Assembly: GCA_951406725.2 (NCBI GenBank)
Contig: OX597822.1
Location: 75,144,001 to 75,208,000 of the forward strand
Length of the DNA stretch: 64,000 nt
Source of the DNA: Octopus vulgaris
Lineage: Eukaryota
Direction of reading: 5' to 3'
Part shown: piece by piece, positions 13,622-26,936 of the stretch
Layout: each line of letters begins with the position of its first letter
Numbering within the stretch: position 1 is the first letter of the stretch
Notes under the pieces: generated by a model
Database searches by the model: none
The model's input: the letters and a program-made list of their open reading frames with translations, nothing else
What the model was told of the DNA's origin: nothing
Position numbers and translations under genes: made by a program

Positions 13622-13760
13622 TATAAGCATTATATTTGATAAAGTAATCTGAATGTTTAAGGGTTAATCGTTCAGATGAATGTTTCAAGCACTCTTGACT
13701 TTCGTCTTCCATTGTACACTTGAAGTTCTGTCTCTGATTTTTCAATTGCTGAGCTGGAAG

Positions 13761-14180
13761 GTGCTGGTGCCATGTAAAAAAAAGCACACGTGTTGGTGCT
13801 ACATATATAATGCACCCATGCTGGTGCCATGTAAAAAGCATCTGTGCTCATGCCACACATAAAGGACCCATGTTGGTGTCACAAAGATGCATCCATGCTG
13901 GTACCATGTATAAATCACCTGTGCTAGTGCCACGTAAAAGCACCAACACTTGGTGCCACACAAAGAGCATTCATGCTGGTGCCATGTAAAAGCACCCATG
14001 CATGATGCCACATGAAAAGCATCCATGCTAGCATCACGTGGAAAAACCCATGCTTGACTCCACATGAAAAAAAAACATGCTGGTGCCATGTAAAAGCACC
14101 CATGCTTGGTGCCACATAAAAAGCATTTGTGCTGGTGCCACATAAAAAGCATTTGTGCTGGTGCCACGTAAAAGGCACCT
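13761..14180. repeat. ~21-24 bp minisatellite (GCTGGTGCCAYRTAAAAGCACCCAT) derived from the RTE 3' UTR
   Basis: Roughly 18-19 diverged units that run directly into an RTE 3' tail. Confidence 0.85.
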
Positions 14181-14356
14181 GGTACATTTTGTTAAGTGGT
14201 TGGTGTTAGGAAGGGCATCCAGCTATAGAAACCAAGCCAAAGCAGCCTAATGGAGCCTGGTGTAGCTCTCCAGTCTTGCCATCTCCTGTCAAACCATCCA
14301 ACCCATGCCAACATGGAAAATGGATGTTACATGAAGATGATGATGACGACGACTAC

Positions 14357-14402
<46 letters not shown>

Positions 14403-14969
14403 GATTTTTATTGTTTTGTGTTTTAGAAAAAAAAAATTTGTAAATGTATTTGCTGATGTTATAGAGGTTTTGTGCTAAAAGCCTGTGGCCAACACTTCTG
14501 GCTAAATCTGAGACAGCCACCAAGCAATGCATTCAAACTTGCAAATGGTTATTTGCTAAATATACATGATGATCATGATGATGCTGATGATCATGATGGT
14601 GGTGATGATGTTGTTGTTGTTGTTGTTGTTTGTCTTCCTTTATCTGTCTGGGAGGAATAATGTTTTAATAATGCCAAGCTTTATTTATTACGTATATTTT
14701 TTTCTGCAAAATGAAATGTTTTCTTTATTTCTGTGTATTTACTTCATATTGCAACTGAATTTTAGATTGTTGTACACCTTTTTTTTTTTACTGGTTTTTG
14801 TCATTGGACCATGGCCATGCTGGGGCACCACCTTGAAGGGTTTAGCTGCAGAAATCGAGCCCAGTACTTACTTTTTTAAGTGTGGTGCTAATTTTCTTAG
14901 TCTGTTTTACTGAATTAAGGATATTAACAAGCAAACATGAGATTATATGTGTATTTGTGTATGTGTGTC

Positions 14970-15245
14970 TCCACTTCCATAGGTCTCGGTCTCTAGTCAT
15001 TTCCTTGGTGAGACCTAAAATTCGAAGGTCATGCTTCACCACCTCGTCCCAGGTTTTCCTGGGTCTACCTCTTCCACAGGTTCCCTCAACTGCTAGGTTG
15101 TGGCACTTTTTCACACAACTATCTTCATCCATTCTTGCCACTTGACCGTACCAGTGCAAACGTCTCTCTTGCAAACCACCACTGATGCTTCTTAGGTCCA
15201 ACTTTTCTCTGAAGGTACTTACACTCTGTTGAGTATGAACACTGA
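14970..15245 (-). pseudogene. RTE LINE ORF 3' fragment
   Basis: [22 protein letters not shown]...GRGRPRKTW, near-identical to the C-terminus of the 19581-21473 ORF. Confidence 0.9.
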
Positions 15246-15271
15246 CATTACATATATATATATGTATACAT

Positions 15272-15306
<35 letters not shown>

Positions 15307-15447
15307 GATGGGCTTCTGTCAGTTTCTGTTTACCAAATACACTCACAAAGCTGTAGTGAGCCCAAGGCTATAGTAGAAGACACTTGCCCAATGTGCCATG
15401 CAGTGGGACTGAACCCAGATCCATGTGGTTGGTAAGAAAGCTACTTA

Positions 15448-15502
<55 letters not shown>

Positions 15503-16102
15503 GACGACGGGCTTCTTTCAGCTTCTGTCTACCAAATCCACTCACAAATCTTTGGTCAGCCTGAGGCTATAGTAGAAGACACTTGCCCAAGGTGCCATGT
15601 AGTGGGACTGAACCCAGGACCATGTGGTTGGTAAACAAGCAACTTACCACACACTCACTCCTCTTTTTTCTTTTTTTATTCTACAAATATTGCTCTTTTT
15701 ATATTTTAATTTTAAAGCACTAGTCATTGATAAACCAGGAAAGAACAGTATTCAACATCCTCTTCCTGCAACTCTATTGTACCCATATACAAAACACTCA
15801 ACTTTCTATCATTGAAAGAGTCTGCCTATCTTGAATTCCTATTCCTGTAATGCTTGTTATCTCTGTACTCATTAACCTCATTCAAAAGACATTCATAAAT
15901 TGATTATAGTTCCTGTCATGTGCAGATCATTATTTTCTAAATCAGTTTCTCAAATAGTTCTTAATTATTGATAAACACACGCGTGTATAATTAAAAACTT
16001 ACATATTTAATAAAAATTTTAATTTATATATATACTTAATTATTATATGAATATAAATATATGTGTGTATACACACATGCATTCGTATGTGTGTGTGTAT
16101 AC

Positions 16103-16481
<379 letters not shown>

Positions 16482-16620
16482 CATCATCATCATCATCGTA
16501 TAACGTCCGCTTTCCATGCTAGCATGGGTTGGACGATTCAACTGGGGTCTGGCGAGCCCGAAGGCTGTACCAGGCCAGTCAGATCTGGCAGTGTTTCTAC
16601 AGCTGGATGCCCTTCCTAAC

Positions 16621-16681
<61 letters not shown>

Positions 16682-16688
16682 GTGTGTG

Positions 16689-16732
<44 letters not shown>

Positions 16733-16748
16733 TATATATATATATAAA

Positions 16749-16788
<40 letters not shown>

Positions 16789-16789
<1 letters not shown>

Positions 16790-17203
16790 GCGCAGGAGTG
16801 TCTGTGTGGTAAGTAGCTTGCTAACCAACCACCTGGTTCTGGGTTCAGTCCCACTGCGTGGCATCTTGGGCAGGTGTCTTCTGCTATAGCCCCGGGCCGA
16901 TCAATGCCTTGTGAGTGGATTTGCTAGACAGAAACTGAAAGAAGCTTGTCGTATATATGTATATATATATGTGTGTGTTTGTGAGTGTGTTTGTGTGTGT
17001 GTGTTTGTCCCCCTAGCATTGCTTGACAACTGATGCTGGTGTGTTTACGTCCCCGTCACTAAGCGGTTAGGCAAAAGAAACCGATAGAATAAGTACTGGG
17101 CTTACAAAGAATAAGTCCCGGGGTCGATTTGCTCGACTAAAGGCAGTGCTCCAGCATGGCCACAGTCAAATCACTGAAACAAGTAAAAGAGTAAAGAGTA
17201 AAG
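16789..17203 (+). mobile_element. SINE family S1, full copy
   Basis: Runs from GGCGCAGGAGTG...TGTGTGGTAAG to an (AAAGAGTA)n tail. Confidence 0.9.
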
Positions 17204-17210
17204 AGTATAT

Positions 17211-17272
<62 letters not shown>

Positions 17273-17275
17273 TAT

Positions 17276-17750
17276 CATGAAGATAATATGGACGCCACTC
17301 GGGCTCGTAAATTGAACCGTTATGTAAACCTCCTCGAGGAATGTGAAGACGCAGGCTCGAAAGCGGAACATTTTCCTATCGAAGTCGGATGTAGAGGGTT
17401 TGTTGGACACAGCGTGAGACGTCTGTTGTTATCGCTAGGCCTAACTCATCGTAAAGTCAATACCACCATGACTGATATCCAATCTACAATGGAGAAGGCT
17501 AGCCACTGGATTTGGTTAAAAAGAGACGATGAGCGATGGCTAGAAGGATATTGAGTTTAACTTTATAACTAGCTGATCTAGCAAGCGGGGCCTCATATCA
17601 GTGAGGGGGTGCCGGTGTGCATTGATGCCGTCGAGAGGTAGGCCCCGAAACGGCGCGCATTCTCTCCTGATGACTCCATACACTTGCTGGCTTCCGGTAT
17701 ACGGAGCTTTTGACTGGTAGCACTTGCATGTGCAAGTTGTTTTCAAGACA
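17276..17750 (+). mobile_element. 3' end of RLE-encoding non-LTR retrotransposon (HERO-like), inserted in (TA)n
   Basis: Open frame to the stop at 17554: RK..RY..L.EEC...G.....PIEVGCRGF...S...L..LG...EKASHWIWLKR, followed by a GC-rich 3' UTR. Confidence 0.8.
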
Positions 17751-17755
17751 TATAT

Positions 17756-17836
<81 letters not shown>

Positions 17837-18818
17837 ATATATATGTATATCAGGGGCGTGCAATGATCTTTCTGGCTGGGGAAATAATGCGCAAAATTTT
17901 CTGTCACATAGATTTTTGAATCAAATTGACATGTTCATATTATACATCTATTTTTAAATTTAAGAAAATCACATTTTATATTAAGGGTGTTCTGTTATTT
18001 GCAAAAGTATAAAATATTTGTTGAATAAACGCAGAAAACTACATGTGTTATCTTTTAACCATTTTTCTGATGGAAGCAGAATGTTAACTTGCTTCCCTTT
18101 TCCTATGTCAGTGTTACATAATGTGAGATTATATATATATATCATAGGTATTGCAAATTGACAGAAACTTAATCTAAGTGTATAAGAATTAATTAGCATC
18201 TAAAACTATCTGTTATCAGCTATTACTAGAAAAAAATTGTCTTTGTGGCATTTTTATAGGAAAAAATGTTAAAATGTTACACTGAAGGGGATGCAGCAGC
18301 TGCTGTTGCTTCCCTTATAAGATTTTTTTTTGTCGTCTGATGAAAAAATATAATAATAATATAATGAAAAATAATATAATTTCAATTTTGTTTCTATAAT
18401 TTTTAAGGGAAGCATTGCCTCACTTGCTTCCATGGACCACATGCTTATCATATATATGTGTGTGTGTATATATACACACACGCACATATAGACAGCCCTG
18501 TGAGCATATATGTATACAGTTATGTGCTTTTCCTACAGCATTAGAGCATTTTAGCTCTTATTTCTAGCAATGTAAATGTCTTGATGCCTTTAGTCGCATT
18601 TAGAGACAACTATACTTTTCCTTTATGATAACACATTGCGCATGGCTGTTTATATTAATTTTTCTATACACATTAGCGATTTGCTAAAATTATACATAAA
18701 TTTTTATGGGAAATGCATATATGCTGATGATCAATGAAGCCCAGGAATAGCCGAAGGGGTGGTTCTTACTGACAAGGCTACAGGGACAAACACAGGCACA
18801 CAAACATGCACATATATA

Positions 18819-18857
<39 letters not shown>

Positions 18858-18987
18858 ACAATGGGGTTCTTTCAGTTTCTGTCTACAAGCCTTGGTTGGG
18901 CCGAGACTATTGTAGTCTCAAGACTATAGTAGTGGGACTGAACCCGGAACCGTTTTGTTGGGAAACACTCTACTTACCACATTGCCA

Positions 18988-19020
<33 letters not shown>

Positions 19021-19022
<2 letters not shown>

Positions 19023-19362
19023 GGTAAAGACCCCCTTCGGTCATGAGTGACCATGGGTTTGCACCTAGAGAGTTACCCTCTGAGGCACAAGTCTGGGCAA
19101 GGTTGTTTTTATGGAAGACCAGTAGTCGCCCATGCATACCGGCCTCCCCTCTCCACGCCACCAGTGTTATCCAAGGGAAAGACAAAGGCCGATACAGCTT
19201 GGCACCTGTGACGTCGCAACTCATTTCTACAGCTGAGTGAACTGGAGCAACGTGATATAAAGTGCCTTGCTCAAGAACACAACACGCAGCCCGGTCCGGG
19301 ATTCGAGCTCACAACCTCACGATCGTAAGCTCGACGCTCTAACCACTGAGCCATGCGCCTCC
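19021..19362 (-). mobile_element. SINE family S3, full copy
   Basis: tRNA head GGAGGCGCATGGCTCAGTGGTTAG...CTCGAATCCCGG, then TTCTTGAGCAAGGCACTT. A second copy lies at 57417-57751. Confidence 0.9.
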
Positions 19363-19423
<61 letters not shown>

Positions 19424-19580
19424 CATATATATATACATATATATATACATATATATATACATATATATATATACATACATATATATACATATATATACAT
19501 ACATACATATATATACATACATATATACATATATATACATACATACATATATATATACATATATATATACATATATATAT

Positions 19581-21473
19581 ACCAAAGACTGGGACCAAAG
19601 ACTGGAGGTGTTTCGTGTTGCAAGACAGTGTGTGAGAGAGAATCGTGATGTGGTAGGAGAGAAGTGTGTTCGCATGGAAGATGGTTCACTTGCGCTAAAT
19701 GAGGATGCAAAGAGAGAGGTTTGGAGATGCCACTATGAAAGGTTGCTGAATGAAGAAAATGAATGGGATAAAGAGAGTCGGCCGAATGTTGACCCAACAG
19801 AGGGACCAGCTATCCGAGTTGATAGTTCTGTGGTAGCTAAGGCAATTAGAAGCATGAAGACAGGGAAAGCCCCAGGCCCATCAGGAATCACTGCAGAGAT
19901 GCTCAAAATGTCTGGTAGTGTCGGCTATAGCCTAGTCACCCATATAGTTAATCAGGTGATACACAAAGGGGTCATACCCAATGACTGGTGTAGCAGTATA
20001 ATAGTCAACTGCTACAAAGGTAAAGGTGATGCCCTAGATACAAACAACTACAGAGGTATCAAGCTGTTGGACCAGGTGATGAAGGTTACGGAGAGGGTCA
20101 TAGCCCAACTAATTAGAGAGAGAGTTAGTTTAGATGAGATGCAGTTTGGGTTTGTGCCAGGGAAAAGTACTACTGATGCTATATTCCTGGTAAGGCAGCT
20201 GCAGGAGAAATACCTAGCCAAAGATAAGCCCCTGTACCTGGCTTTTGTTGACATGGAGAAAGCCTTCGACAGGGTCCCCCGATCCCTTATCTGGTGGGCA
20301 ATGAGAAAACTAGGGATAGATGAATGGTTAGTGAGAGCTGTGCGGGCCATGTATAGGGACGCCGCTAGTAGGGTGAGGGTTGGAAATGAGTACAGTGAAG
20401 AATTCCGGGTAGAGGTAGGGGTCCACCAAGGCTCAGTACTCAGCCCCCTCCTATTTATCATAGTCCTCCAGGCAATAACGGAGGAATTCAAGACAGGATG
20501 CCCTTGGGAGCTCCTCTATGCTGATGACCTTGCTCTAATTGCTGAGTCGCTATCAGAACTGGAGGAGAAGTTTCAGGTGTGGAAACAAGGATTAGAATCG
20601 AAGGGCCTCAGAGTCAATCTAGCTAAAACCAAAGTCGTAATCAGTAGGAAGGTAGACAAATCACAAACACCTTCAGGTAGATGGCCCTGCTCGATCTGTA
20701 GAAAAGGTGTAGGTAGAAACTCTATAAGATGCACCAAGTGTAAGCTATGGACACATAAGAGATGCAGCAATGTCAAAGGAAGGCTAACTAGGAAGATGGT
20801 TTTTGTATGTGGCAGATGCTCAGGAACAATAAACACTGAAAATGCTCTGAGACCAACTTCTGTCACTTTCCAGGGAGAAAAACTAGAAATAGTTGATAGT
20901 TTCCGTTACCTAGGTGACCAAGTCAGCAGCGGGGGCGGGTGTGCTGAAAGTGTAACTGCTAGAGTAAGAATAGCTTGGGCAAAGTTCAGAGAGCTCTTAC
21001 CTCTGCTGGTGACAAAAGGCCTCTCGCACAGAGTGAAAGGCAGACTGTATGATGCGTGTGTACGAACAGCCATGCTACATGGCAGTGAAACATGGGCCGT
21101 GACTGCTGAGGATATGCGTAAGCTCGCTAGAAATGAAGCCAGTATGCTCCGATGGATGTGTAATGCCAGTACTCACACTCGGCAGAGTGTAAGTACCTTG
21201 AGAGAAAAGCTGGACCTAAGAAGCGTCAGTTGTGGTGTGCAAGAGAGACGTTTGCGCTGGTATGGTCATGTGGCGAGAATGGATGAAGATAGTTGTGTGA
21301 AAAAGTGCCACACCCTAGCGGTTGAGGGAACCTGTGGAAGAGGCAGACCCAGGAAAACCTGGGACGAGGTGGTGAAGCACGACCTTCGAACTTTAGGTCT
21401 CACCGAGGAAATGACTAGAGACCGAGACCTCTGGAAGTGTGCTGTGCGCGAGAAGACCCGGCAGGACAAGTGA
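19581..21473 (+). CDS. RTE LINE reverse transcriptase (N-terminally truncated) with internal PHD-type zinc finger
   Basis: Motifs [65 protein letters not shown]; C4HC3 finger at 20688-20819. The first ~76 aa of the listed ORF are microsatellite. Confidence 0.9.
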   Translation, partial: TKDWDQRLEVFRVARQCVRENRDVVGEKCVRMEDGSLALNEDAKREVWRCHYERLLNEENEWDKESRPNVDPTEGPAIRVDSSVVAKAIRSMKTGKAPGPSGITAEMLKMSGSVGYSLVTHIVNQVIHKGVIPNDWCSSIIVNCYKGKGDALDTNNYRGIKLLDQVMKVTERVIAQLIRERVSLDEMQFGFVPGKSTTDAIFLVRQLQEKYLAKDKPLYLAFVDMEKAFDRVPRSLIWWAMRKLGIDEWLVRAVRAMYRDAASRVRVGNEYSEEFRVEVGVHQGSVLSPLLFIIVLQAITEEFKTGCPWELLYADDLALIAESLSELEEKFQVWKQGLESKGLRVNLAKTKVVISRKVDKSQTPSGRWPCSICRKGVGRNSIRCTKCKLWTHKRCSNVKGRLTRKMVFVCGRCSGTINTENALRPTSVTFQGEKLEIVDSFRYLGDQVSSGGGCAESVTARVRIAWAKFRELLPLLVTKGLSHRVKGRLYDACVRTAMLHGSETWAVTAEDMRKLARNEASMLRWMCNASTHTRQSVSTLREKLDLRSVSCGVQERRLRWYGHVARMDEDSCVKKCHTLAVEGTCGRGRPRKTWDEVVKHDLRTLGLTEEMTRDRDLWKCAVREKTRQDK

Positions 21474-22079
21474 GTCCACAACCCGTGGCCTTCTACATGG
21501 GATGGAGCCAGCCTACGTATGCATACCTTCCCTTCTTGGGACACAAAACTCTACTTGTGAAGACGTGTTGAGGCAAGTGAGGATCAGAATCGAAATCGAT
21601 CAATGGAAATTGCGGATGTGCTACCAGTGCCGGTGGCATGTCGAAACTCTGCTTGTGAAGACCCATTGAGGCAAGTGAGGATCAGAATCGAAATCGATCA
21701 ATGGAAATCGATCAATGGAAATTGCAGATGTGTTACCAGTGCCGGTGGCATGTAAGAGAACCTTCCGTTTCGCGACCGTTGCCAGCACCGCCCCGTTTCG
21801 TGTTCGTTGCCAGCCTCGCCTGGCCCTCGTGCCGGTGGCACATAAAAAACACCATCCGTTCGTGGCCGTTTGCCAGCTCTGGCTGGCACCAGTGCGGGTG
21901 GCACGTAAAAAGCACCCACTACACTCACGGAGTGGTTGGCGTTAGGAAGGGCATCCAGCCGTAGAAACACTGCCAGATTTGACTGGGCCTGATGAAGCCT
22001 TCTGGCTTCACAGACCCCAGCAGAACCGTCCAACCCATGCTAGCATGGAAAACGGACGCTAAATGATGATGATGATGAT
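19581..22079 (+). mobile_element. 5'-truncated RTE-clade LINE with 3' UTR and (TGA)n tail
   Basis: Uninterrupted RT ORF, ~600 nt 3' UTR with internal duplications, microsatellite tail. The endonuclease domain is absent. Confidence 0.95.
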
Positions 22080-22233
22080 ATATACATATATATACATACA
22101 TACATATATATACATATATATACATATATATACATATATATACATATATATATATATACATATATATACATATATATATATATATACATATATATACATA
22201 TATATACATATATATACACATATATATATATAC

Positions 22234-22282
<49 letters not shown>

Positions 22283-22283
22283 C

Positions 22284-22319
<36 letters not shown>

Positions 22320-22380
22320 ATATTTTTATATATGAGGATAATATCGATATTTAAGTATCCATATTATCAAGTGGCCAGGC

Positions 22381-22435
<55 letters not shown>

Positions 22436-22902
22436 TATATTTATAAAAAATGAAGTTCGAAAATGCTGCTATATTATACAATTTTTATATATTATATATT
22501 ATATATTATACAATTTTTATATATACATTATAACATGTTTCAGTTCCTGAAATGAACCTTATCAAAAAAAGTTATATATAACAAAAGACAGCTCATGCCG
22601 TCAAACACAAGAAATTCATTTACAATACACAACGGAGTCAGACATCTTAAAGTTCAAATATAGTTTGAAGTAAGTTCATTCATGCTATATGTTCAAAGTG
22701 TTCGATGCAGTGGCCCACGGTGGCGATACGTATTCAATACAAAAAACAGATCAAAGTGGTGGAAAGCAGTCAATACAGAAGATTGATGTTCCCGAAAGAG
22801 CGAGGAATTCATTTTTACCTTGAGCAATTGTGATGACCCATGGTGGATGTTCGCTGGGTGATTCTAGTGAGTCTTGTGAATTGTTCGGGTTTTATAATGC
22901 CT

Positions 22903-23244
22903 GTTAGGTGGTCAGTCCAGTGTAGTGTGACGTCATCAACGTTTTGACCAATCGTTTCGTTAGGTGGCTTTAGTCAAGCAGAACGGTACGTCATCAACAT
23001 TCTGACCAATCGTGACCTATCGCTATATTATAACTGCCTCTTGTCTGTATCCTGTTTTGACCAGTCGTTTCGTTAGGTGGCTTAGTCAAGCAGGACGGTA
23101 CGTCATCATGATTCTGACCAATCACGACTTATAGCTGTATTAGATCTGCCCCTTTTCGTTAGGTGGCTTAGTCAAGCAGAACGGGACTTCATCAGCATTC
23201 TGACCAATCGTGACCTATCGCTGTATTATAACTGCCTCTTGTCT
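22903..23244. repeat. four diverged 55-115 bp units with CRE-like ACGTCA and CCAAT motifs
   Basis: GTTAGGTGG(C)TTAGTCAAGCAG...ACGTCATCA...TGACCAATCG occurs four times; duplicated at ~29206-29547. Confidence 0.8.
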
Positions 23245-23320
23245 ATACATATATATATATATACATATATATATATACATATATATACATATATATATAT
23301 ATATACATATATATATATGT

Positions 23321-24033
<713 letters not shown>

Positions 24034-24066
24034 CACATATATATATATACATATATATATATACAC

Positions 24067-24141
<75 letters not shown>

Positions 24142-24327
24142 GTTATCGCCATACTAATATGGCATTCTTATAAAATGGAAAGCGGACGTTAAACGATGAT
24201 GATGATGATGATGATGATATATATATATAGATATAGATATATATATATATATAGATATATGCATATATATCTATATATATATATATATATATATTTAGAT
24301 ATAGATATAGATATATATATAGATATA

Positions 24328-24401
<74 letters not shown>

Positions 24402-24483
24402 GGTCCCGGGTTGAGTCGGGGTTAACCACAGTAAATAAGGTACTCAATACATAGCAGAGTAAAGTAATTTATTTTATAGAAGG

Positions 24484-24534
24484 AACTTCTACAGGACTAG
24501 AACTGTTTCATTCAGATGAAATCTTCAGGAAGCT
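24484..24534 (-). ncRNA. type I hammerhead ribozyme (family C, left arm)
   Basis: Reverse complement: agcttc CTGAAGA tttcatctgaat GAAA cag ttctagtc ctg TA gaagtt. Confidence 0.75.
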
Positions 24535-24987
24535 GGCTGTCAAAATAAGGTCTGGTATTTAAACATTTAGGCAGATTTAATGGGGTGGTGGTGGGGGACG
24601 TTTTTCAGGTAAGTTGGTATTTAGGAGATAAACAGGGCACAAGCTATTGTTCTTAGGGGAGTGGTCAAAAGGCCAGAGAGTTTTTGAAATGACAAGAATC
24701 AGTGAGAAAATAAATAAATGAATAAATAGAATAATTGAATAGAATCAGATATATGGGATGGGGTTTTAGGTAAATTAGAAGACAATTGCTTTTTGGTGGT
24801 CAAGAGGAGGTAGTCAGTTTGTTATTGTTAAGTGGAGGGAAGAAATAGATAAATATACATGAAAAAACATATAAAATAAATATACATACAAACACACATA
24901 CATACACATGCGAATATACATATATATACATACATACGCACATATATATACATACAAACATATACATACATATATACAAATATACAT

Positions 24988-25060
<73 letters not shown>

Positions 25061-25405
25061 CATATACATATACATATACATACATGCACCTACATACACG
25101 CACACACATGCACATATATATATACATATATATATTGACCACCAAAAAGCAATTGTCTTCTAATTTACCTAAAACCCCATTCCATATATCTGATTCTATT
25201 CAATTATTCTATTTATTCATTTATTTTATTTTCTCACTGATTCTTCTCATTTCAAAAAACTCTCTGGCCTTTTGACCACTCCCCTAAGAACAATAGCTTG
25301 TGTCCTGTTTATCTCCTAAATACCAACTTACCCAAAAAACGTCCTCCACCACCACCCCATTAAATCTGCCTAAATGTATAAATACCAGACCTTATTTTGA
25401 CAGCC

Positions 25406-25456
25406 AGCTTCCTGAAGATTTCATCTGAATGAAACAGTTATAGTCCTGTAGAAGCT
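25406..25456 (+). ncRNA. type I hammerhead ribozyme (family C, right arm)
   Basis: agcttc CTGAAGA tttcatctgaat GAAA cag ttatagtc ctg TA gaagct: stem I 6 bp, stem III Acag/ctgT, GUA triplet, followed by AATAAA. Confidence 0.8.
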
Positions 25457-25571
25457 CCTTCTATAAAATAAAAAAAAAAAAAAATATATATATATATAGG
25501 GAGAGAGAGAGAGATAAATAGATAGATAGAGAGACAAACAGACACACAGATAGACAGACAGATATGTTCTT

Positions 25572-25952
25572 GTATTCTTTTACTTGTTTCAGCTATTTGA
25601 CTACGGTCAAGCTGGAGCACTGTCTTTCGTCGAACAATTCGACCCGAGAACTTATTCTTTGTAAGCTTAGTGCTTATTCTATCAGTCTTTTTTACCAAAC
25701 TGCTAGGTTACAGGGACGTAAACACACTAATATCGGTTGTCAAGCGATGGTGGGGGTACAAACAAAAACACACAAATACACATACACACATATATATACG
25801 ATGAGCTTCTTTGAGTTTCTGTCCACCAAATCGACTGGTCAGCTTGAGGCTATACTAGAAGACACTTGCCAAAGTTGCCATGTAGGAAGACTGTACCTGG
25901 AACTCACATAGTTGGGAAGCAAGCTTCTTACCACCCAACCACTCCTGTGCCT
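25572..25952 (-). mobile_element. SINE family S1, diverged copy
   Basis: Alignable to S1; duplicated at ~31875-32256. Confidence 0.85.
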
Positions 25953-25980
25953 CTCTCTCTCTAAATATATATATATAATC

Positions 25981-26044
<64 letters not shown>

Positions 26045-26205
26045 CGTATTTTTGCCATTTCAATATGGCTAACCCCTAAGGGTGGATGCTACTGTAGTTT
26101 TTAGCCCCAGGAGGACACACTCCTCCAGCTGGCCATAGACACACTATCTGTGTCCTGTCAGTATTTGCAAAGGGAAGTCATCCTTCCCGTCTTCAACTTA
26201 TGATA

Positions 26206-26250
26206 CACACGGACTCGAGTTTCGAGGTATTGACCTCTCGTCAGCGTGTG
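26206..26250 (-). ncRNA. type I hammerhead ribozyme (family B)
   Basis: Exact reverse complement of 26892-26936. Confidence 0.9.
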
Positions 26251-26558
26251 ACAATCATAGTTGTCGCCGAGAATTAGATTTCCTTCACAAATACTTATAC
26301 TTTTTCCAGCGTCCACTGTCGCTGATATTGAAAAAGTGAAATCAAACAATGATAAATATCAAAGTGAGTTATATACAGTAGCGGTAACACATCGTGACGT
26401 ATTTTTGCCATTTCAATATGGCTAACCCCTAAGGGTGGATGCTACTGTAGTTTTTAGCCCCAGGAGGACACACTCCTCCAGCTGGCCATAGACACACTAT
26501 CTGTGTCCTGTCAGTATTTGCAAAGGGAAGTCATCCTTCCCGTCTTCAACTTATGATA

Positions 26559-26603
26559 CACACGGACTCGAGTTTCAAGGTATTGACCTCTCGTCAGCGT
26601 GTG
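26559..26603 (-). ncRNA. type I hammerhead ribozyme (family B)
   Basis: Same motif with one C>T in stem II, giving a G-U closing pair. Confidence 0.85.
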
Positions 26604-26891
26604 ACAATCATAGTTGTCGCCGAGAATTAGATTTCCTTCACAAATACTGTGTCTATGGCCAGCTGGAGGAGTGTGTCCTCCTGGGGCTAAAAACTACAGT
26701 AGCATCCACCCTTAGGGGTTAGCCATATTGAAATGGCAAAAATACGTCACGATGTGTTACCGCTACAGTATATAACTCACTTTGATATTTATCATTGTTT
26801 GATTTCACTTTTTCAATATCAGCGACAGTGGACGCTGGAAAAAGTATAAGTATTTGTGAAGGAAATCTAATTCGGCGACAACTATGATTGT

Positions 26892-26936
26892 CACACGCTG
26901 ACGAGAGGTCAATACCTCGAAACTCGAGTCCGTGTG
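26892..26936 (+). ncRNA. type I hammerhead ribozyme (family B)
   Basis: cacacg CTGACGA gaggt-caat-acctc GAAA ctcgag TC cgtgtg: perfect stems I and II, palindromic ACTCGAGT stem III, predicted cleavage after C26930. Confidence 0.92.

Larger units (their letters stand above)
24399..25484. mobile_element. inverted pair of hammerhead element (family C)
   Basis: Arms 24468-24803 and 25135-25472 are ~335 bp near-identical inverted copies; the left arm has an extra ~70 nt tail (24399-24467). Duplicated at ~30702-31787. Confidence 0.88.

Noticed and set aside
13761-14180. CRISPR-like array of ~22-bp repeats
   Set aside because: The units are contiguous without unique spacers, derive from the RTE 3' UTR, and there are no cas genes in this eukaryotic DNA.
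17640-17680. GAAAC...CTGATGA in the HERO-like 3' UTR as a hammerhead
   Set aside because: I could not form the required three stems.
17851-18500. Possible hAT-like MITE (CAGGG...CCCTG ends)
   Set aside because: The terminal match is too short and there is no clear 8-bp TSD.
19353-19580. N-terminal extension of the 706-aa ORF
   Set aside because: It is a microsatellite that happens to be in frame; the LINE starts at ~19581.
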